Below, piece by piece: positions 26,105 to 36,295 of a stretch of 64,000 bases of DNA (the first letter of the stretch is position 1; every line of letters begins with the position of its first letter). Origin of the DNA: Basidiobolus meristosporus CBS 931.73 (Eukaryota; Fungi; Basidiobolomycota). The stretch lies in assembly GCA_002104905.1 (NCBI GenBank), contig MCFE01000010.1, positions 124,001-188,000 of the forward strand. The letters run 5' to 3'. The notes beneath the pieces are model-generated. The model was given only the letters and a program-made list of their open reading frames with translations. It did not search any database and was not told where the DNA came from. The position numbers and the translations under genes are program-made.

Positions 26105-26975
26105 ACTGATGGGTTAGGTAGGTTACCTATTGTGATGCTTGGTTAGTGGGAGCGGTGCAAGAGGTGGCAATATGGTGGCTGGGGGAAATAGGTGCAATAG
26201 CCTGATCATTCAGCGAAAAATATCAGGATTCCAAAAATTTCGCACCTTAACTGTGGCATTCTAAGCCAACATAGTCAACATCTACAGAGCACAATGCTGA
26301 TAGCTATAAGCTGGTGCCTGCCTGTTTATAATTCTGAGAGATAAGCCTGCGTGTTTTATTTATTGCTATTTTTACAAAGTCGTCAAAGAACGGATGCTGT
26401 ATTTGAACTTAAGAAACCAACAAGCGAATATCATACAAATCTACTGATTTTCCAAACCATCTCCAATTGTCCCAAAATTCTTGCAACAGGTAGCAGTGAT
26501 TCAGGCTATAGGGTGATAGAGTAGTACATTTTCCTTTCTCTTTGTGTATGATTTTGGAGATGCGCATATTCTGCATATAGCTGGTGAGACTGAGAGTCTT
26601 GGTGTGACCACTACTACTAGAGTCGAATGAGAACCCCAACTCTGGCTTTCGGAAGGTGTAACTTTAAATAAGTAGTATTTCAGCAATTTAATCAGAAATT
26701 GCTACTAGTAAAATCTGGGAAACGGTGAAACCTACTAAGATATAGATCGGTCGGTTCTGCCCTCCAAGCTAATTTTTAACTCAGGTACAAGAGACTAGAG
26801 TGCCATTGATCCATACACCCAACAGACCATCCCATCAAGCAGGCGGCATCACACCTTTTGTGATTCATACACCCCTCTACACCCCGTTTCTACAATTAAA
26901 GCATTCATCAGATTTAGTACAACTATCCATTCTTTGCTAATTTATACACAAGTACCAGGTTCCAGAACTTGGGGC

Positions 26976-28282
26976 CTACTCCATCCATAGGGACTTTGGA
27001 CAGGGTAAAGTCGAGGTCGCATGCTTTCTCTTTTTGCCCAATCTACCTGGAATTTGAAAGACGGCAGTATAGCGATGGCCATTGGGTTTGGATAGTACCG
27101 AAGTGGTTCCATGCTCATCGACGCATGGCCTCCAGAACCATAGCACGTTATGGTTGAGCGGCACAGCCACTTTGTACTTGGGGATTATGAAGTACTGCTC
27201 TTCAGTATCTCCATCAAGGAAGCACACGCCTATAGCATATTGAGACCTGTCATTATCGACATGAAGTTTTGTGGAATAATCCTTTGTTGCGAAGAAGCTT
27301 GGGAGTGAGGTGTCCTTATGTAACACAGGTGTCTGATACTCCAATTGGATCTTGTGCCAATCCTGTTTCACATCGGGTAGAAACACATCTACAAAACTCT
27401 GGATCAAAGCTGCTAGCGTCTCAGCATCCTTCTGAATCCTGTTTATATGATCGGTGTCGGATTTCTTCACTGTCGGGATGCTGTAGAGCGAGATTCCAGA
27501 GATATTACCACCCCGTGGGCTTCGGTAGCCCACACCAAACATTTGGCCAGTAATATACTTTGATTTTCGAATCAGGTTATTACGATAGCCAGGAATGCTT
27601 CGCAATGTCTGCAAAGCAAAGTCTTCTTGGTCTCTGGAGAAGGGGTGTTGAATAACTCCGAATACAATCGCATCGTTTTGCAGCAGGAAGGTTGTTCTTT
27701 CTAAGATGGTGAAGCCTTTGGTGTCGTGCATGTGTAGTTCAACATCTTCAAACTGAGAGCAATAGGATTTATCTTCAGGAGTGACGAATCGACATTCGAA
27801 GTTGGTAAGTCCCTATGATTTATGACCAGTTTTGAATCCAGGGTAGCATAAACTGTATAGGCGTGTTCATATGACTATGTACCTTGACAATCAGCCCTTT
27901 CCTGCGGAAGTTCTTTTCTCTTATTTTGAACCTCTGATAGATGCCATATAGGGTCCTCAGTCTTTGAATATCCGGAATCTCTTGATACATAGGGCTCCTC
28001 AATCGGTTGCTCAGGTAGTTGAAGACATGGCACCTTTTGGAATCCTACAAAGCTGTTGGTGAGCAAAGAAGGCAATGGCGAAATGTTTGTGGCTGGACTA
28101 ACATCGAGAGTGACAAACTGATTTGTAAACTCAAAGAGTTGATGTTGATCAGTAAGCAAGGTGGCAAGGTGGGATGGATTGCTCTCAATCAAAGCTATTA
28201 AAGATGCAATCCAACTCCTCCAAGGTGCATAGCGATCTATCTTGGATGTACTCATAATAGGGATAAATATGGAATTAGCCAT
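26976..28282 (-). CDS. TET/JBP-family 2-oxoglutarate Fe(II) dioxygenase, 3 exons (28103-28282, 27883-28044, 26976-27812), about 392 aa
   Basis: GQMFGVGYR, HxD motif KLHVDND, FIIPKYKVAVPL...LWFW, distal His DEHGT and 2OG-binding Arg HRYT. Both introns (58 and 70 nt) are GT-AG and phase 0, giving one open frame. Confidence 0.78.
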
Positions 28283-28376
28283 TCACTCCACTTTTAAGCA
28301 AATTATTATCTCCATATTGCGCCCATTTATCATGGTCATGGTGCTATGTCTTGGAAATTGAGTGAGGATGATGTAA

Positions 28377-28925
28377 CTACACTTTCGAAAGATCTTCCGG
28401 CCAATTGATGGCCAGCAAAACAACATATTGCGCTACACTCGAAATCGCGCTACAACCACACCAGTCATATAATAGCAAGTGGAGCGACCACCGCCTCACG
28501 CTTGCTAAAGATAGGGAATGTGATGGCTCGTCTTCAATACCATAATATGGCACACGATCACAAAGATCATGGTTAAATCTCACTGCGGTATAGACTAGTC
28601 TGACTACTCGGCTATGGATATGCAACTTGGGTATTTGGAAGCTTCTCGCCCGCTTCCTTTGTTACCTTCAACGCATCAAAATCAAATATTGTTGAAGACA
28701 TATATGGGCATTATCTGAGAATATTACATCAGGCCATGATTCATTACCACCTGCACGCACACACATCATATGGAAGTCTGTGCAGATGAGTCGCTGGCGT
28801 GTGCGCTCGAAATCCATCCATGCAACGTGATTGGCACAATTGCAGTATAGTTGGTAAATTGATAACTTACTGTACGCCAATAGACACCGCCCCAACCGTT
28901 TCCCAAATATTGTAAAGCAGAGCAT
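28377..28925 (-). mobile_element. Degenerate Tc1/mariner (IS630-Tc1) transposase relic
   Basis: Across frameshifts: GFRAHTPA (cf. GFRARRPA), SWPDVIFSDNAHI (cf. W..VIFSDE), IEDEPSH (cf. QDNAPCH) and INWP. No terminal inverted repeats found. Confidence 0.5.
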
Positions 28926-29523
28926 TGAGGAGCCTGAAACTAATACATCAATGAATCAAGGATTAAGGTTGGGAACCATCAGTGAGAGGTAGCAGCGCTT
29001 CTGTTGCGTCAGCTAGCCATTCAAACCCGTGATCTTTGTTCCTAATACAGCAGCAAGGAGTTTCGAATTTCTATCCCTCATTCCTCTGCTATCGCCCATC
29101 AAAGCATCTTTCACTGTCAGAAGACTAGATCCGACACCAAGGGCCTCCGAAGTTTGCAACCCAGGCCTAATGAGTATCCAAGAAGTGAGCACAGTTTCGG
29201 GAGCACGAACAGCTGTGTCACAACTGTGTGCATAGGAGATCCGCAGGTGTATTACAGTCACACGGATCTAAATAGATACTAGCCGCCGGTCAACCTGGTA
29301 CTCTCGAAGCACAGTGCGATTTCCGATTGCATTAACCATGCTAGGTACGCTGACTGAATTCCAACACCTTCGTATCATACGAGTCCTCGTACCTGAGATT
29401 TATGCAAGTGCGCGATGCGCCACTTTTTCCTCAGTGTAAATTCACCTCTATACTCAACCTTTGCCTGCATCATGGTAATCAATAAATACATAGCAATCTC
29501 ATAAACGACCATGAGTTGCAAAC

Positions 29524-29706
29524 ATGTTGTCGATGCGTACCAGTATACTCTATGGCTTTTTGCTGCTTTCCGTGGTCCATATCAAGGCAGCCCCGATTAA
29601 CCATGCTAAATGTGTAAGCTTCGGGGGTGGTTGTAATAATCATGAAGATTGTTGCTCCACCACTCTATGTGTAGTTGATCAAATTGGATTTAAATCCTGT
29701 CTTTAA
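29524..29706 (+). CDS. Small secreted cystine-knot (ICK/knottin-type) peptide
   Basis: Signal-like hydrophobic N-terminus, then C-x6-C-x5-CC-x4-C-x9-C (CVSFGGGCNNHEDCCSTTLCVVDQIGFKSC). Confidence 0.7.
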   Translation: MLSMRTSILYGFLLLSVVHIKAAPINHAKCVSFGGGCNNHEDCCSTTLCVVDQIGFKSCL

Positions 29707-30416
29707 AGTCGCTCAAATCATCGGCGAGCATATATTCCTATATGTATGACCTGTAACCATGCATTTCCCTATTTCTTAGTATGTGCAGTAGGATTGCGAA
29801 TAAACTTGCACGAATGAAATGGGCAACCGTAACAACTCGGATGGTATGCTAGCTAAGAGCATGCTACAGACCCTGGAGTCAAAAACCCTTCTGGTATACC
29901 ATTCGCTTTTGCTTAGAGGATTGGTCAAAGTGGGTGTATGAGATTTGGTGCCATTTATATCGCCTTGAATATTACTCGGGCATTTCATTCATTCTGTACT
30001 TCCATAGGATAGGTAAAATGTTAGAAAACTAATTCATGTTCAGAAAAATCACCTAGAAAATTAAAAATGGCGGCACCAAACCATGTAACCAATTATGCAA
30101 TAGGATATTTGGCTTAAGTTATGTAATCTGAAATTCAATTCATGTTGAATGTATTTAGTCCAAGCTATCACTCTCTGGAGTATTTACTACTGTCAATACT
30201 TTTGAAAGATTTACAGTTACATCTAAATACTCCATTAACTTAGTTACATGGATCTTAGTATACGTATCTTTGATTATTTTGCTCAAATTCATTATTGGGA
30301 TTTGTAATTATTTACCAAGATCTAAAGCATTCAGTGAATCATCAAGTGAGAACCACATAATCTACTTGCTCCCCCAGTTGCTAAATATGACCAGCATTCT
30401 GTCCTGACCAAATTTC

Positions 30417-30692
30417 TAGTTGGGACTTACTTAGAATACTGTCACTAACTTATCAGGTATCCAGAACATGAAAATTCTCAACGTAAATTATGACTTTTCT
30501 CAAAGTTGTCCAAAAAACCCCAAACTTTGCGCACATATTCTTGGGACCTTCCTTAACAAACTCTACACGTTTTTTTGCTCTTCTTTATCACAAGTATAAA
30601 TACCATACTTTTGATCAATAAATCAAAAAGTGAATAACACGTAAATCCTCAAGTTCTCCATATCACTTCCAATACTCCTCAGGATGTTGCAA
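30417..30692 (+). repeat. Degenerate LTR-like repeat copy
   Basis: Aligns by eye to 31892-32130 (ttagaata...cagaacatgaaaatt...gttgtccaaa...ccaaactttgc...agtataaatac...caataaatc...tcacttccaata). Confidence 0.7.
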
Positions 30693-31622
30693 CTAGAAGT
30701 AACTATGGGCCTTTAACTCCATCTGCCTAAATGACAAAGCCAACATGCCAATTAAGTGCACAAGTGTCAAATCAGTAAGGTATGCTTGAAAGGCACTGAA
30801 AGATATCTATCAGTCATGTTCAGCTGCCAAGATAATGCACCTAGAGCACAAACACCTTACTGTCAGCATTTTATTAGGGGAAACATGTGATACTTAATTA
30901 GCAAGATTGCCTTGTTAGTTAATTACATGCAATCAGCTGGCATACAAGCCACTAATAAATGCTATAGCCATTGTAAATTTTGTAATACACCAGAATATGC
31001 ACTTATCTTAGTCACTCAATTCATGGTATAATGATCTTATAGTATTTTGCCCAAATTCCTTGTTGGGATTTATCTGGAATTTTTCACCAAACCATCAGTT
31101 GCCCCCCATATAAGAATTCTCAAGATTGTACAAAGAGCCTCAGATATTTCACACTTGCTCTTGTGACCTTCTCAAACAGATCACATATGCTTATCTGGTC
31201 AATATAGTATGACAATATAGATACTACATTTATGCTTAATAAATTAATTATGCAACAATCATAAATACCTGATTAGTGAGCTTCTCTAAATATTAGAAGT
31301 GATCAGGAGAATAAGAATTGCACTGTAATTTCAAACTCTTGATTTCTGTTTGTTGCCATATGGAGTCCTGGAGTCACCAAAGAGGTACTACATCTACAGT
31401 ATCAATGATAGGTCAGATAGACCAAGTCCAGATCTATTGGCTGCTTAATTAGAAACTGAAGCATGGCATGATATATAGAATACACTGTGGTTGGTTAGGG
31501 ACACAATTCAGCAGACAGATGACTCACTATAGGTACTTACCACCAGTTACTAAAGTAGTAATCTTATGGAGCTCAAGAAAGTAACCTACTGTAGCTCTTT
31601 TTGTTGTAACAAATTTGGAATT

Positions 31623-32876
31623 TTAGCACACTTGGCCAATATGCTACAATTGATCTAGATGGTTCTATTGCTGTACTTGTTATATATAACAACACTCCTA
31701 CTCAACTGATATTCATAGCAACTAAGCCTAATTGGAATACAAGATATTCGAATTTGTCTCTAGCTAATGATATTGTGAATATATATTCAATCATTTTTGT
31801 TGTAAAAATTTGGAATTCCACCTAAATATTTACTTAACTTAGTCACTTAGATCATTACCTTCAGATCCTAGAGAATACTGACCAAATTCCTTGTTGGGAT
31901 ATACTTAGAATATTTACCCAGAACATGAAAATTAGATAAGTTGTCCAAACAGCCCCAAACTTTGCACACATGTTCTTGGAACCTTCCTTAGCCTATTCTA
32001 CGTGTTTGTTATGCCAAGACCATGTAAAAGTATAAATACTACTTTTACACTCAATAAATCATTAAGTGAAAACCATATAATCTACTTGTCCTCCCAAATC
32101 ACTTCCAATATCTCCAAGACTCTTACAACACTTTTCACTACTAAAGCAGAGTAAATGTCAGTCTGTGAGACTACAAAGGAAGTATTATGGCTACAAAAGC
32201 TTCTTTAAAACTTGGGCCTATATTGAAGCTCCCCTACCTGAGCATATCATAAAGCTCAGGATATATTCAATTAGGTACAAATCAGATATTTCATACCTGA
32301 GCAAAGCATAAAGATATTGGATGCTGTTTCATTTAGGAAGTGATTGAGGATAATGTAGTTAACTTAGCTTACTGCCCTACTGATAAGATTGTTGAATAAG
32401 TTTTGGAGATATTGAAAGTGATTAGAAGAACAGGTAGATTATGTGGCTTTCACTTAATGATTTATTGAATATAAAAGGAGTATTTATACTTGTACATGGT
32501 CTTGGCATAATAAGCACATATAATATGTCTATGAAGGTCCCAAGAACATGCATGCAAGGTTTGAGGCTGTTTGGACAGCTTATCAAAATTCCATGTTTTG
32601 GGTACCTGATGTTTTAGTAAAAATATTCTAAGATTTGTAAGTAATGATCTAAGTGACTAAATTAGGTGAATATTTAGGTGCAATTATGAATTTCTACAAC
32701 AAAAATGATTGGACATATATTCACAATACCATTAGCTAGAGACAAATTTGAATATCTTGTATTACAATTAGGCCTAGTTGCTATAAATATCAGTTGAGTA
32801 GGAGTGTTGTTATATATAACAAGTACAGCAATAGCACCATCTAGATCAATTGTAACATATTGGCCAAGTGTGCTAA
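31623..32876. repeat. Long imperfect inverted repeat, arms about 31623-32130 and 32390-32876, spacer about 260 bp
   Basis: The reverse complement of 32390-32876 matches 31623-32130 along its length (e.g. ttagcacacttggccaatatg, gctgtacttgttatatataacaacactcctactcaactgatat, gtcacttagatcattac). Confidence 0.9.
31892..32130 (+). mobile_element. Solo LTR-like element (about 240 bp)
   Basis: Starts TGTTG and ends CAACA; TATA box (tataaata 32031) followed by AATAAA (32053); related copies at 30417 and 32390. Confidence 0.65.
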
Positions 32877-33378
32877 CATGATATATGAATGTTGAGGGGA
32901 AATAAAAACCATTTATATCGCAGTAGTAGCTGTGGTAAGGCCATAGTTTATTTCACATGCTTGGTAGAAACAGAGCACGATAGTCACCATTGAATACTTG
33001 AAAGGAGCTCTTGATTACTAGTTAAATCCTGCAAGTAGTATTGTATACCATATTCCAGCATACTAGTTCTCATCCAGCTGGGTGGCAAAATCATGGCTAT
33101 GATATGTTAGCTTAGCATCGAATCACGAGCATTATAATTGTCCAAAAAATTCAAATGTTCGAACTTGTGCTGGAATTTGGACCTATTTAGCAATATTGAT
33201 GTGGGGTTTTCATTCACATCAAGGTGTAAACGTCGGTTGATTCGTGCAAGGCTAAATCCCTTTTGAAGTGTAAAGATCGGCTGACAGCATCCTTTAGAAA
33301 ATATACTTTATTTTGGTGTCCAACTATTATTAATCGTACATCTGCTGTTAGTTTTCTCACCGTATGATCACATTGTTG

Positions 33379-35311
33379 CTAATCTTTCTTTGAATCCGCC
33401 AAAACGCCGATAATACTTTCAGGAGAGTACTTCTCTACAACATCAGGTTTGTGCAACATGTTGAACTCCTCGGATGCATCTCTGCCAGCAAACAGAAGAA
33501 TAGCTTTAGCGCCACCAGGGTGATCAGGCAGAAACTTGGTGACATCGAGCACCTGTCCATTTACAATCACCCAACAATCCTCCTTGGTGTTATGTTTGGC
33601 CACCTCCTCCAATTTATAGATTTTTTCCTTAGCCTCTGGCTGCTTACTGGCCGGAGTGGAAGGAGCTTGACTTGAGGACTGTTGGTTAGTGGGGAACTGG
33701 AAAGATCCGCCACCGTTGGATGAACTCTGTCCTTGACCATTCCACATAATGTCGAGCTGCAAGCGATTCTGTTCCGGGACGAGATTGATGGCTATCTGAG
33801 TTCCCAGATGGCCAGCAATATTGACCAAACGTCTGTTTGCAAGCTCACTGTTATTTCCTTGCTGTGGGTTTTGGCTTAGATATTTGGCAGCGCTGTTTCC
33901 AGCAACCCGTCCAAATACCACACAACCCAGAAGTGAACTGCCACCAAGTCGGTTGGCGCCATGTACACCGCCTGCTAGTTCACCGCAAGCAAACAGGCCC
34001 GGGATCTTGCCTTGGGGTCCTTTGATGCACGACTCTGGGTCAATTTCAACTCCACCCATGGTGTAGTGAAGCACGGGAGTCATCAATGCAACATGGAACT
34101 CCTCATTCATGTTGATGGGTACGTTATGGAAAAACTTCTTACCCCAGGGGTCATTCTTGTTTTTCGCGAAGCCATTATAATCGCTCAAGGTTTTGGCAAG
34201 AGTGTCGGGGGAGCAACCAATCTCCTTAGCCAACTCCTGGCCATTCTTGAATTTTTTCATCAGACCACGACCAACGTAATGCTTGCAGTGCCACTCGATT
34301 TCCTTCGAAGCCGCTTCGTTGAGCACCAGTCGAATGGGGAACTTAGATTTCCACATCTCACCAGTGACATAATCGCGGTGCCCTAGCTCGTCGCAGAAAC
34401 GCTTGCCTTCTGCGTTGATCAGAATCCCACCAACGCCGCGAAGGGCCTCAGCGGCTAAGAACTTCACCTTGGCGTCGGGTTCCTTAGGGTCAACCAGTCC
34501 GGTAGGATGTACTTGGATCTTCTCCAGATCGACCGTATTGCCACCGATAGCCATCACCATTTTGTGGCCATCACCGGTGGAGTACTCCCCATTGGTGGTT
34601 GGGAGGTCAATGAATTCTGGGCGATACTTCTTGATCAAGGAGTTCTGAGTGAAGTCGGCGGCATAACCACCAGTGGCGAGCACCACTGGTCCATATTCTG
34701 TTTGCTTCTCCCCAGCCCTGTTTTGATACTCCACTCCGATCACGGCACCCTTATCATCTTTGAGGAGGCCAGTAACCTGTGCCTTGGTGATGCACTGAAC
34801 ACGATGTGGTTCTACGCGTGAGAGCTCTTCAAGCTTTTCCATCAATGCGTAAGTGATGGTCATTCCTGGGAAACGCTCCTTACCACGATGTGTGCGTGGG
34901 AATGAGTGCCCACCAAGCCGAGCAACCAAGGAGAGGTCGAGGTCAAATCGAGTTTGTAGCCATTCAACAGCAGATGCGCTGTTTCCAGTTAGAACTTTGA
35001 CAAGCTCTGGACGGATCAAGTCCCTGGCTGACTTGGCGGTATCGTCGTAGAACGCTTGTACACTGTCCTGTAATTTCAAGGGGTTCAGTTGAGAATCGCC
35101 TAAGTGGCATGTTCAACGTGCTTACCTTGATTCCTAGTTCTTTCTGTGTCTTCGTAAGTGCACCATTGATACCAGAGGTGGCTTTGGTAGAGTTTCCACC
35201 GAAAAACGAACTCTTATCGATAACTAATACGTTGCCTCCGGCTTCGTAGACGGTGTGTGCAGCAGAGAGACCTGATAGACCTCCTCCGACGACAATGACT
35301 TTGTTTTGCAT
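33379..35311 (-). CDS. OSM1: FAD-dependent fumarate reductase (Osm1/flavocytochrome c type) with C-terminal cytochrome b5 domain, 2 exons (intron 35068-35125)
   Basis: VIVVGGGLSGL FAD motif, GGNSTKATSGIN, LGGHS, QVHPTG, HYTMGG, HGANRLGGSSL; cytochrome b5 motifs HNTKEDCW and HPGG. Confidence 0.93.
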
Positions 35312-36295
35312 AGTAGGAGTACTATGTTGAAGAAAACCAGGTAAGTTTGCTAGAAAGCGGTGGGAATAAAGCCAATCGAAACATTACCTTCGATAAAAAG
35401 GTGGAGAGGGTACGCAATCCTGTGGGTTAATCAGAGGATCAATGGTGTAAAGTGGTAATGATGTGGGCGTGTGTGGACTGCTTTTATTTGCCTGAAGGAT
35501 GACAGGAGAGTGTCCCAGGTTTCTCATTTCGACCCAATGATCCTGATTCGTTTTTTGTAATTGATCAGGAATCCTGGAGCCTCATGTATTAAGCAGGGGA
35601 TATTCACCAATATCTAGTATTGACATGTGAGTGGTGGTTTGATTGGAGTTTGTATTCAAACTCGTATATATTCGACATGGCGATTGTTTTGAAAAGCGGT
35701 CGGAATTGAGATCGGTGGTCGCATGACCCACGATGCTGATATTCAGGTGGGTTGCAACGTTCACAATCAGCAATTCCGTAAGTTCACCCGAGTGAATTTG
35801 GTCTTACATGAATGAGACAGAGCCTTGAATCGTGTAGTGCGATTGGTAACCTTATTTACATCGGCACGTGATGGATTGTGCCTCTACTTCCACTGATCAT
35901 TAGCAACATGCAGGCATAACACGCAACTCTTTAACATTCACCTAGATGTCACTTTATTGCTCCCCTGAACCATTCTCATGATGTCGTAACGATCATATGA
36001 AATTATTGTCTGGAGTTCGGTGACTGGTAGCAATTAAACTGATCTGAATCGGCTTTATTAAGAATTCGTCGGCCCTTGATCTTCCGACCTTCGACTAGCC
36101 TGTTGCAATATTGTTACAAATCTCAGTTGTATACATGAGAAGGTAGCATGTAAATAGCTCGTAAATAGCTTGTAAATAGCTGATATCCGTTACTTGACTT
36201 GGGGACAGGGTTGGGATTCGTACATCTAAAACCGTTCGCAATACACGATAAGCAAATGGGGGATTTCCTAGATATAGGGGTTCGATGAGTCGCAA

